Assembly: GCA_032718475.1 (NCBI GenBank)
Contig: JAUCBJ010009125.1
Span: 1-64,000, forward strand
Direction of reading: 5' to 3'
DNA length: 64,000 nt
Source: Nemertoderma westbladi
Lineage: Eukaryota > Animalia > Xenacoelomorpha
The notes beneath the pieces are model-generated. The model made no database searches. It saw only the letters and a list, made by a program, of their open reading frames with translations, and had not been told where the DNA came from. The position numbers were made by a program, and so were the translations under genes. Below, piece by piece: positions 1 through 12,700 of the stretch. Position 1 is the stretch's first letter. Every line of letters starts with the position of its first letter.

Positions 1-8
1 ACTGACCC

Positions 9-355
9 AATGGGAGGAACGGATAGTAAGTTGGAATGGGAGGAACGGATAGATTGGGAGGAGGAACGGATAGTAAGTTGGATTGGGAGGAACGGATAGT
101 AAGTTGGAATGTGAGGAACGGATAGTAAGTTAGAATGGGAGGAACGGATAGTAAGTTGGAATGGGAGGAACGGATAGTAAGTTGGAATGGGAGGAACGGA
201 TAGTAAGTTGGAATGGGAGGAACGGATAGTAAGTTAGAATGGGAGGAACGGATCGTAAGTTGGAATGGGAGGAACGGATAGTAAGTTAGAATGGGAGGAA
301 CGGATCGTAAGTTGGAATGGGAGGAACGGATAGTAAGTTGGAATTGGAGGAACGA
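9..355. repeat. 26-bp minisatellite (GAATGGGAGGAACGGATAGTAAGTTG)n, ~13 copies
   Basis: Directly visible tandem repeat. Confidence 0.95.
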
Positions 356-506
356 TTATTTGATGCTGAATTCCAATAAATAGTCAAGGACATCGCAGCA
401 ATGGGGTCAAACGTAACGGGAGCAAAGATTGTGCCACAAGTATTAATAACTGGTAGAACAATCGGAACGCCCTAGACGCAGCACCCTGTAAGCGGTGGGG
501 TTGGTC

Positions 507-722
507 TTACCTAGTAGGGGGGTTTGTAACTTCGATGGAACTTCCTGGATCGTCGCCTTGACGGAATAACTTAGCGTATTTAACGTCGGAAGTCTCGTAG
601 AGTTCGGCGCTCGCGTAGACCTCGTTGTCGGGACTGAGTCGGCCGTGGGGAGCAGTAGTGTCGGCCTCGTCAGTGGCTGCACTAACGGTGTAATCCATAG
701 ACGATGTAACCAAATCATCGGC
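507..722 (-). CDS. CEP78: CEP78 exon 14 (terminal, or spliced onward at 511)
   Basis: AAG acceptor in phase 0, open frame ADDLVTSSMDY...NPPTR; the stop TAA overlaps a possible GTAAGA donor. Confidence 0.65.
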   Translation of the reverse strand, partial: ADDLVTSSMDYTVSAATDEADTTAPHGRLSPDNEVYASAELYETSDVKYAKLFRQGDDPGSSIEVTNPPTR

Positions 723-3700
723 CTTAAAAACAAACCGGAAATATATAAAGTTAGGGCTGCCTTCTAGAATCTAAATTATGGTAATTTATATTCTAGTTAT
801 TTTAGGGAGATACAGTGTTTTCTTTTGAAAAATAAAGTCTTGCAAAGTATCTCACATTATGGTTGCATGAAGTGAACCGCCGTCAGTAAATGCTACGGTA
901 TTTATTTATTTATTTAGACTTACTGGCTCCACTACAGACTCCTGAATCTCCTTCGCAACTTTCCCAGCGTTGCCCTCCTTGATCGTGCGGCTTTCTGCGG
1001 AATCCGCCCCGAGGGTGCCAGTTCGGATCGCCGGCGCTGGGGGTCGGGTCGTGTAATTGGCGCGTTTGGTTATCGGGGAGATGTCCGGACTGCCGGAAGT
1101 GGCGACCTGATCGTCCGAGTAGTCGTCAACGGACAAACCGGAGAGTCTGCCAGTCCCGTACCTACCGGTACCACGCTCCTGATCTGCGCTGCTACCGGTA
1201 CCGCGGTACTGCTCTCTGCCGTTACCGTACTCGCGGTCCCCAAGGTATTCTTTCATTTTGCGAGTAAACCCATCAGCGTCGCGCGGCTCATATTGGTCGT
1301 TGTCATAACGACGTTGGCGGCCGGGAATCTGGAAGTCAGTTGATTCCAGGCCAACCAATGATGTTAGTTTACCCAAACTGAAACAATATTATGAATCGTT
1401 GATACGGTTATGTTACTAAAACGAACAACAAACGTTGGCCGCAAACTAATTCGTAGCTATATATTTAGTGATGTGACGAAATGGAATAGCGAGCTAAGCG
1501 CTCAGAGAAAATTTACACATTTTCGCTACTGATACGCTGGATCCTTCAAAATAGTTTCATCTAATTTAAGCACCAAACGTATCCCGCCATTTTACACTTA
1601 GTTTTCCAAGATAGGGGGGAAATTTAAATCAATAGTGTCAAGTCCTATGCAGTAGGGTACTATGTGTGGTTTCATTTGGTGGTTTGTGTTTTTGTTTCTT
1701 TCTGATATCAAGTACCGGTACCTACAGAATAATGCCCAGAAGATTAAAAATTAGAGTGGTGGATTCCGGTATCGGACTATTTTTGTTTCTGGGGCACAAC
1801 CCTACATGCTGGGTGGGGGTCGGGGGGGTATTGAATGAAGAATATATTCAATATTAACTTAATTTTAATTTACAACTAATACGAACTAGCATTATGAAAC
1901 CTAAAAAGGCCAAATATGATAGTATAAGATGACAGTTCAGCTTAAGGCAACATAGTTTCCAACCGCTTGCATGGCAGTACCGGTACCGGTACAACATGCA
2001 TGGAAGTACCGGTACAAAACATGCATGGAAGTACCGGTACAACATGCATGACATGTATACCAAAACCAATCACCACAGCTATCACAACTGTAGGCAAATG
2101 CTACTGACTGACTGACCGGACCTATTGCCATTTAAAGGAGCAGGTTAGTAAGGAGCAGGTTACAGAGGCGTGTTGGGGGAACCAAAACAATAAACGAAAG
2201 TCAACACATGTTACAAGATTATTCAGGTACCTTAATATATTGTGTTAATAAGGTGTCAATAATATACACAAGTAAAATATAAATCAAATATAAAGTTTCA
2301 ATACGGTATTTAGAGGGTCTGGTCAGTAGCCACTTCTACAACTGTATGCTACTGGGATGTCAGCTAGCAGAAAAATGCTGGTAATACTTAACAGACACCG
2401 GTAGTGGGTGCAACTGCAGTGAAATTAAAAGAACCATTACTGCATTAGCTTTGAGCTGGTTCAAGCTACTTTTTCCCAGGCTGTCTCAATCTGAGCGAAA
2501 TTCTAAATTCAAATGGAAGAGGATGATTGTTCAGCTACAGCTGGATGAAGCTGTTGTTTGCTGGACTAAATGGCAGGTTAGCCGACTGGAAACATGCTTG
2601 ATCTATTATAACTTTTGATTGATCTACAAACTGTGGAATAGTGTACTAAACTGCTGGATTGTAATTTAATAATTTCAATGAGCTGTACTTCCCAGATTGA
2701 AAAAGCTTATTATGCAGCGGGCAGGATCAGCTTCAGTGTATTAGAAAATGGGTCAAACTCACTTTCAGCTTGCAGCCGCATCGTGCTAGCAATGGAAACC
2801 CAAAACCGGTACTATATACCTTCTAATACCGTGAGCTGTTCTCTTAACAAAACTACATTGCATTGGAAATAAGAATACATTGCTGTAGTATTCGTAATTG
2901 TCCAGCTATTTTATTTATTACTAAAAAAATAAATATATATTTGGCAACTGATAAAGGTTCTCCGCAGCTGATGGCTGATTAGTAGAATTATTTAGTCATT
3001 AATGTTTCTGCACAGAACGTTTAACAAATAAGAGAATGCCCGGGGTTGATTTAATTGTGGGAGGGACCGGGGCCACTGGACGACAAGTGGTTGAACAACT
3101 GCTGGGTCGGGGGTTTAAGGTGCGAGCGATCGTGCGTTCGCCCGATAGTCTACCGGAAACGGTCAAAGCCAACGAAAATCTCACCCTAACGACGGCCAAT
3201 ATTTTGGATGTGAGCAACAGAGAGTTGTCGGAACATGTTGCTGGTTGCACAGCTGTAATATCTTGTTTAGGGCACAGAGGAACATTCAACGGTTTGTTCG
3301 GACGCCCACGCGATCTCGTGTTGACTGCAACTTCACGATTATGCGAGGCGATCCGAGTTGGTGAATCGAAGGAACGCACAAAGTTCATTCTAATGAACAC
3401 GGTTTTAGTTGAAAACGTTAACCCAAACGAGAATGAACGTCGTAGTGTGTGGGATCGTTCGATTATTTATGCGTTAGATGCTGCTGCCTCCGTTTTAAAA
3501 CACTATTTATTAATTTATTAACACACTTTATCTGTTTCAACACACTATTTATCCGTTTAACACAATGTTTGTTTATCTATTTTAACTAGGACTAGGGTTT
3601 AAAAAATTCATGATACGGAAAATTACACATGAAACTTTTGAATTCTTTGTGAAATAATATTTAAGTTTATGAATTTTTAAACCATAGTTTTAACACAGTA

Positions 3701-6700
3701 TTTATTCGTTTTAACACAGTATTTATTCGTTTTAACACAGTATTTATTCGTTTTAACACAATATTTATTCGTTTTAACACAATATTTATTCGTTTTAACA
3801 CAATATTTATTCGTTTTAACACAGTATTTATTCGTTTTAACACAGTATTTATTCGTTTTAACACAGTATTTATTCGTTTTAACACAGTATTTATTCGTTT
3901 TAACACAATATTTATTCGTTTTAACACAATATTTATTCGTTTTAACACAATATTTATTCGTTTTAACACAATATTTATTCGTTTTAACACAATATTTATT
4001 CGTTTTAACACAATATTTATTCGTTTTAACACAATATTTATTCGTTTTAACACAATATTTATTCGTTTTAACACAATATTTATTCGTTTTAACACAATAT
4101 TTATTCGTTTTAACACAATATTTATTCGTTTTAACACAATATTTATTCGTTTTAACACAATATTTATTCGTTTTAACACAATATTTATTCGTTTTAACAC
4201 AATATTTATTCGTTTTAACACAATATTTATTCGTTTTAACACAATATTTATTCGTTTTAACACAGTATTTATTCGTTTTAACACAATATTTATTCGTTTT
4301 AACACAGTATTTATTCGTTTTAACACAATATTTATTCGTTTTAACACAATATTTATTCGTTTTAACACAATATTTATTCGTTTTAACACAATATTTATTC
4401 GTTTTAACACAGTATTTATTCGTTTTAACACAATATTTATTCGTTTTAACACAATATTTATTCGTTTTAACACAATATTTATTCGTTTTAACACAATGTG
4501 TATCCGTTTCGATACAATATTTATTCGTTTTAACACAATATTTATTCGTTTTAACACAATATTTATTCGTTTTAACACAGTATTTATTCGTTTTAACACA
4601 ATATTTATTCGTTTTAACACAGTATTTATTCGTTTTAACACAATATTTATTCGTTTTAACACAATATTTATTCGTTTTAACACAATGTGTATCCGTTTCG
4701 ATACAATATTTATTCGTTTTAACACAATGTGTATCCGTTTTAATACAATTACTTTTATAATCTCTTTACAATATTACATTTTGTTTTTGAGTTAGTTAGT
4801 TTTTGGTTAGTTAGTTATGTCAATCCTTCAAAATTCGCCTCAATGCCATATGTATGTCACACTCACAACCCACGGGGATATAGAAATGCTCCTAGATTTC
4901 TTTCAAAACATTAGACGTAGATAAGTAACAGGGGCAACAGCGGGTTTGCTGGTCAGCCTTGCCATCATTAGCTGTTTTCCTTTTTCCTCGGCCTTCGGCC
5001 TCGAAAAAGTATGCTTTTACTATTCCGCGAAAATGCTGATCAGACGGAGTTTTTGTTTTAAGTCTTAAACCGTATGCAGTGACCCAGTCTGCCGCTAGGG
5101 GGGTAATAACGTCATTTGCTTACATTTTGCATATAATTCATTGAAAGTTGACACTTTAACGTAAATTTATGCCACTAGCTGACCACGAAGGCCCCACTTC
5201 GTGTAGTCTAGTCATATTGTTGTCTATACTATAAGCCACAGGTGAATCCGAATGGCCCCAATGACGAAATATTCTCAACGGTCAGAGATTAAATTCATTG
5301 ATTCACCATAGATAACCTATGTGCCCAATGCTGTCATCATTCCGTTGAGTAAATACTAAATGCTATAAGTAAATTAAAAGCAAACAACGTGGAGGAATCA
5401 ACATGCTCGAAACAACTGTCACTTTTTCCACGACGACATTTTTATTTATTTATCCTTACCAGTTGTTTTATAGCTCTTATTTCAATCTTATAAAACCAGA
5501 ATAACTTATACAGATACTAATTGGTTTATTGTTTTGGTTAGATTTAGCTCTTCCAAACCTGTGTTTTTCTTGAAAACCCGGTACTCGGCAAAGACTACTG
5601 ACCGGACCCATTGCTCAATTGGCCGGACCCGTTGACCGGACCCATTGCCATTTAAAGGAGCAGGTTAGTAAGGAGCAGGTTACAGAGGCGTGTTGGGGGA
5701 ACCAAAACAATAAACGAAAGTTAACTAACACATGTTACAAGATTATGCAGGTTACTTAATTGTGGTAATAACAAGGGGGCCGGTCAATAATACACAAGTA
5801 AAATATAAATCAAATATAAAGTATCAATACGGTATTTAGAGGGTCCGGCCAGTAGCCAGTTCTCTCTGGTATTCTCCACATGGAGCAAACTGTAAATTAC
5901 AAAAGTGAAATATAACAGTAGAAAGTCGGGTATAATTTGCATGGGCCGGACAGGACACATACATGCACCGGACAAAAGGGACCAGACATATGGCACCCAG
6001 CGGTACAGGACAAAAAAATACATCCAACAACTAACTATATACAGACAACCAGTTCGATCCAAACTGGACGTTAAAACCTACCTACTGTTAGAAGAGACTT
6101 AGAACAAAGATTATAAAACAATGTTCTATACCCATAAAGAGAATTACAAGCCCAATGCGATGTCATTCCGTTTAATGTTGTAAGTTAGATGGATGAATAT
6201 CAATGATATATGAGATGAAATATAAGCGGAAAGTGGAATACAAAGTTAGATGAATATTAAACACTAAATATTATTTCGCGAAGATAACTTACCCTGCATC
6301 CCGTAGAAGGTCTAGGAAGGTATTAAATTTCGCGAAAGTTGTTTCGATTTGTTTTAGAACGCGGTCGTCCGACAATCCGCTGCTGTAGGCGTCCTCGGGT
6401 TGGTTCCTGCGATAAACTGAAAAGCGAAAACAAATAGAATCATTAATATTTGTTTAAAAAAAAAAAAAATATTAAATTACAATTAAATAACTTAACTGGT
6501 CTGCCTATTATTATGTTTAATAATTATAAAGTTATATTTGTGGGGCGAGCCACGAGGTTGGCGGCTCGTTAGCGAACTGTACATAGGCTGCGTAGTTACT
6601 CAGTCTGCCTCTACGTTTATATCTCGTGCTGCGCGAAAACCCCACTTTGTCTACCAGTTTGTGTTAAATAATATAATTGATTTGATATTATTTCGTTCGG

Positions 6701-9700
6701 TTTTATTTAATAAAATAAAAAAAAACCGAAAATGAAGAAAAAATCACACGAAACCGAAACCGAAACTATTAAATATTAATTTATTAATAAAATATTATTA
6801 TTTAAGTTCAAAACAAACTCAAGTTTCTTAAAATATTGACATCCGTTTATATAAATAAAGCTAACCTCCTGGGTCCTCAGCCGCAGCCGGGAAGTCTACA
6901 CCTCGTTGTCTTAGCAACCGTCGCAGACGGCTGTTCTCGATCTCCAGATCGACCACCCGTGAGTCCGACCGCTGTCTGGCCTCCCGTTCCCTAGACAACC
7001 GATCCCGTAACTCGCCCAACTCGATCGACTGCAACAACAGTAGAAAATAAATAACAGAAATGAAAGAAAACGAACTGTATTTACTATAAAAGTAGATTTA
7101 TTAGGTAAATGTAGAAGATTTTAAGTAACTCAGTGCTAATGTATAGTAACTGACCCGCCAATCGTCGTCTTTGGCCCTCGCTACGATCTCCGATCTTATC
7201 TTCCGCCCGATCTTATCCTCTATGAGGGCGGCCCTCCGTTCCGCGTTGTCATTGTCTCCCGACTCCGCACTCACCGTCACGGTGGTTCCGTCCCGCTTCC
7301 CGCCTCTCCGTCGATGCGCCTCTATTAACGGCTCATGGAACTGGGGCCTCGGCTCAGGCGGGTAGCCTTCGACCCTCCCCAGTCTGTAAACAATAATTAA
7401 TCACGCTAAAACCTTGTCGTCCTAGAAGAGAAATGTAAGTAACGGCAGAAATCTGTTATACTTCACATGGGCCAATAATAAAGCTGCTATAAATAAAATA
7501 TGAGTTTTGAGTTCAGTATTTCCATGGGAAAAGACTGAAAGATAAGCTAACTCGCACACATTCTGGCATTTAGTAGAAGCTAAATGATGTTGATGAGGCC
7601 TAAATAAAATGATAGGGCCTACTCACATTTATTTGTATTAAATAGAAACTACAGAATGGCTTAACAGTGTTGTGAGACATAATGGTAAATAAAAGGGTTA
7701 CCCGTCAGCCGGTAGAATAGCCATAAAACTCCCTCAAACACAAATATAAATTAATTTACTGAAGAACATTTTTTAGTAAAGGAGGTATTTATTAGTATAG
7801 AAAGGCTGCGCCCATTAAAGGATTGTTTAGGTAGTCCACCATTATGAACCAATGGGAATCCTTTATTACCAGTGCAGCAGTGGGGCCATGGCCAATTACA
7901 CCGGCTGATGGGGCCACTGTTAGTATCCCCCATCTACTTCCCAGCCATCCTATTAATTTACAATTTCCCCCTCGTATCTCTAAGGTGTATCAGTATTATT
8001 GTTGCCAAGGTCACCGGGTGATGGGAATTCCATTAATCCCTTAGAGATGGGCTGGACAAATGGATTTAGTATAGAATGCCAGCTTAGGGCTCTGTTACAT
8101 CCATTACCGCTGTGTTAGAGGATATTGGGATATTGCTTTCCATTGCTGCTAGCTGGTCAGTAATCTCTAGTTGACAGAGCCCATGTCGTATGTCAACTCG
8201 TTATCAATGTGTAGAAATGGCGTTCACGATTATATGGTGATTATTTTTTAATTAAAAAAATATTGAACAGCAAATAATAAATTTTGATTGATAAAATTAA
8301 TGTATTAATACTTATTAGTACTAATTAACGTAAACCAAATAAATTAAATTGCACCAAATAATATTTGTTCACACCAGTTACAATATTGTTTCTACTATTT
8401 ACATTTTTATAGTATAATGGTTGGTGCGTTGGGGTTGGGTGCAATATTCGCCCACGTCCAACCTTCGCCCGATCCGATTCGATGGGGGAAAGGAGCAGGT
8501 TACAGACACGTATTGTTCTAACCAAAACAATAAACGAGGTTGTTAACACTTTATTGTGGGGGCGAAGATTGCTCGCGGGCGAAGCTTTCTCGTGGGCGAA
8601 GTTTGCTGCGTCGGTGCGTTTGTGTGTGTGTAATGTAGTACTTTTATGATTATTATTCATATTCCTTCCACTAGTGATAAAAATGAATGAGAAGGCAGTA
8701 AGACAATAAATTGTTTAATTTCAGGGTGAAGATTTTTTCTCACTTTTCGGTTGTCCGTATTTTTCCCTCTAGTCCGTTCTATTGGCTTATTTATAACAAA
8801 CCTGGCTCCAGTCCTCCACGGTACAAATCCATCAGCCCCTGGTTTGGTTGAGCGAGGGGCGGGTTTAGGGGCCGACAATGCGGTCGACTTGGATGTCGGT
8901 AGGCTATCACGGACGCCAGGGGGTCTACGGCCAACGCTGAGTCAATAAATATATAAATAAAATAATTAAAATATTGATGGAACATTAGTGATAGCAGTTA
9001 CAACAACAAATATAATATTTAAAATGTTTGGACAAAACGCACGACCCAAATGAAGACCGTCCCCCCCCCCCCCCCCCCCCAGCCATCAATCATTAGCAAC
9101 TTAAAAACGCTCACCACGCACGGCGTTTGGAATGTCTAAATGCAAGATTTACCCCCTCGATGGTGCACCACGTAGGGCTATTAGGGTTTACCCCCCATGT
9201 GATGCATGCCATGTAACCCAGGTTACAGAATGAATCTAAAGGCTGAAGGATATGGCTGAATCTAAACCAAAACAATAAACAAAATAGTACAGGTTATTCA
9301 TAAGATAAAAATAAGCGCTACAAAACAACGCAATTGGTAAGGAAAGATTTAAAAAATATAAATTTCTCATAAAATTCCAATAAAATTTCGACAGTAAAGT
9401 GAAAACCTGGTATTCTTCATAAGAGCGATTTGTGTGCAAAAGGGAAGTGTGGGGGGGGGGGGGGGGGGGGGCAAGTTGATACGAAACCTTGTGTGTTGCC
9501 GTATGGAATATTGGAAGACTCACGTATTAGCTCCTCTGGGTCTCTTCCCTGTAACTGGCTGTCTGGAACTCGTCGAGGGGTCTTTATGCGACCTAACCTT
9601 CTGCCAGGAATAGCTCCCATCCTCAGCCCCGCCTCCGTTCAACAGACAGCGCTCCATCAGAGTCCTCAACGCCTCCCGGTCTGCGGAAGAATCGTCGCGT

Positions 9701-12700
9701 TCGAAATGAACTATTATTTCCGCCATTAATTTATTATTAACTAAACGCGATAGACTACGTCATTCACTCAGGGTCAAATAATAAGAGTCATTAAAAGAGA
9801 CGAATGTCTAATTGGAGCATCATAATTATTCACAGAGTTTACAAAATTATCGTTGCACCGGCGAATTATAACAAGTGACAACTATGTATGAGCTTTTATG
9901 AGCTCAATATTTGCGATAAATTCGAAATAATTATTTAGTTAACAAGTTTAATAATTAAATAGTTTCACTAATATTAGCGGATGTTATCTAAAAGACGAAG
10001 TACAACCTAAAAGTGAAAGTATTTTATGTTCAACTACAACTATTGCACCCTAACAAAAACTTGTATCAACAAATATTTATGTCTGAAATATCCATGGAAC
10101 ACTTCTCGTGTCTCGTGTCAATCTCACACCCGGTCTGTCCTTCGTAGCAAAATCTCTCAAACACCTCAATAAAATTAATAAAAACTAAAATTACTTATAA
10201 TTTTTTTAATTTTAATAACCAGCGATAGCAAAATGAAATGAAAAGTAGCGAAGGCAAGATAATTACAAGGAAATTAATAATTTGGTTACTACTGGTTACG
10301 GTTACTCTTATATTACACCTATAAAAAACTAATATTTTAATTTATTATAACTGATGTATCTATCGAAAGTACATAATAATTTAATAAAACAAAGTTCTAC
10401 TCACGAAAAAAAATTGAATATGTATTGAATTTCACTCCTTAATACGCGTGACTGAGTGACTAAATAACTTTATATGATTAACGTTCCACAATGAAAGTAG
10501 TATTTAAAGAATTCATGACAATATGCCAAATTAGCGGGGCTACATTAGTTGAGTAAAGTAGTACCCCAATAACATACGGGGGGGTAAAGGATAAGCCCTT
10601 ATATAAGCCCAATAACGACAGACAATGTAGCATATCTATGTAGTTCAGATATAATCATATGATACGATTGTAATATGGGAGTGGTAATATTTCGTGCGGG
10701 GGCCCTATTTAAATGCCTTCTGGGCTTCCATCTTACCCACAAGGCTGTATGCCGGGCGTATAAAGTACAATCACCGCCGTACGCACTGCTTAGGTGACGT
10801 CACGCTAAATCAATAACATTATACAAACAAATTTATAATAATAATAGGAGTAATTTCATGTTATAACGATGTTTGGTTAGTTAGTGGTTTGGTAAAACCT
10901 ACTTCTATCTAATAATAGTTCAACAAATAGCCAGAATTTAATTGCTTTTTTACCAGATTTCACTAATATTGGAACAAAAATACAATGCAATGTCCAATAG
11001 TAATCGACTAGTAGGCCAGTAGGTTGGTATTCACAATGCAATAAAAGAGCATGAAAGTTTCAATGAATTCCTTCAAGTTGAGGTCCATAATTATTATAAG
11101 GGTATTTAATGCATTAGAACCAAAATTTTCACTTCGCCAAAAACGTTATATTTATTATAATACAGCCTGACTTTCTTGAGACGTCTTAAAGGTCAGTGCC
11201 TTAAAGATGCGGATAGGAAGTTGTGGCGGCGCAATTTTGTCGACAAGCCGGCCCAGCATTTTTAAAAATGCAGCTGCAATGCAGCATGCCGATCCTAGTA
11301 GTAGTAGTTAGTAATATTTGGTCAATAGTTGTAATGGATCAAGTTATTTATATTTATGCTCATTTTTCCACTAAACTCCCAACTATTTTCTGAAATTCCA
11401 TCTGATTGAGCTGAAATTTGGGGAAACTTGAGGCAAACCTGTCTCGGCGAATTAATATCACGCCTCAATGTTAAATTAGCAATTTGGGGAAAGGAGCATG
11501 TTATAATGGCACGTTAGTCCAATCTATAAAACGCTAGTGAATTTACATATTGTTACATTGAAGAATTATTGACATTGTCAATTTTTTTAATAACTCAATT
11601 ATTAAACGATTTATGACATTTTTTCAAATTTTACGACCAAAACAACAACAAAAAAATAAAAAAGCACAGAAAATGCCACATTATTGACTATAACTTAATG
11701 ACTATAGACTCTAATCTGTCTGTTTGTCTGTCGGCCTGTCCGTCATAATAAAATAAAATACACCACATAGATATTATTTCGTAGGGGGGTTTTCGTTGTC
11801 TGTGCGTTCAGTTGCTGTCAGTTTTATGTTTGGCGGAATTTAGCTCACTGGGCATCTTTCCGTTTGACTAATCATTTGACATTTAAACAGCTCATAAAAA
11901 ATCCTGGTGAAAAAAAATAATACATAATATTATTTTTCTCCCTTAAGAAGTCCCAAAGAGACAATTTAGTTAGAAAAATGCCTCTTCTAGCGATAACCAT
12001 CATGTGTTGTGGCAGACTGACAACAAACAGACATAAATCATACCCTAAATAATGTTCATTTGTTAAACCATAAAGGTGAGTCGACATTTTACATAGCCGA
12101 CAGCCAATGGCTGACGTGTTGATGACTCACCAATGCGTAGCTCATAGGTAGGTAGGCGTACAAAATAGTACAACTTGGCACCAAGAGTATAGTGAACTGT
12201 AAGACACTACTACTAACCTATTAATGGATTCCTTCTCAGGTCTAGAACAACCAAGGTCTTGTTCACTTGCAGTACGTTAATCAATTCATTAGCCCCTGCT
12301 GTAGTAACGCCACAACGCTGCATATCTAAGGCCTGTACAATACAATATAATTGACTACAGATACAGTACCCAAACAACAATGATTATTGTACATATGACA
12401 ATTTACTTACATTCTAAAATGCTGACATTACTTAAATCAATGTGTAGTAGTGTTATAAAAATAATCTCACACAAAAGATGGTCAATATTTATGGGGTGAC
12501 TTTTCAGTGATCGTCAAACAATATTTATTGGAGTAACGTGGAAAATGGTAAAAACCGGGTCATAATAGAACTTGTGTGTTTTAGAGTATTATTTAGCTTT
12601 TTCTATTACGGGAAAGGAGCAGTTTAGAGTGAGCAATTCCAACAAAAACAATAGACTAATTTCCCTTGTTATTGGAGTTTACTTCCCTTTCGAACCCTTT

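Noticed and set aside
2340-2890. CAGCT/AGCTG-rich tract (and the CCCAT/ATGGG-rich tract at ~7730-8160)
   Set aside because: Probably old decayed tandem repeats; I could not define a period or coding signal.
2999-3400. 133-aa minus-strand ORF
   Set aside because: Antisense shadow of the oxidoreductase ORF.
3667-4795. 352-aa VLKRINI and 99-aa FIRFNT ORFs
   Set aside because: Translations of the 21-bp minisatellite.
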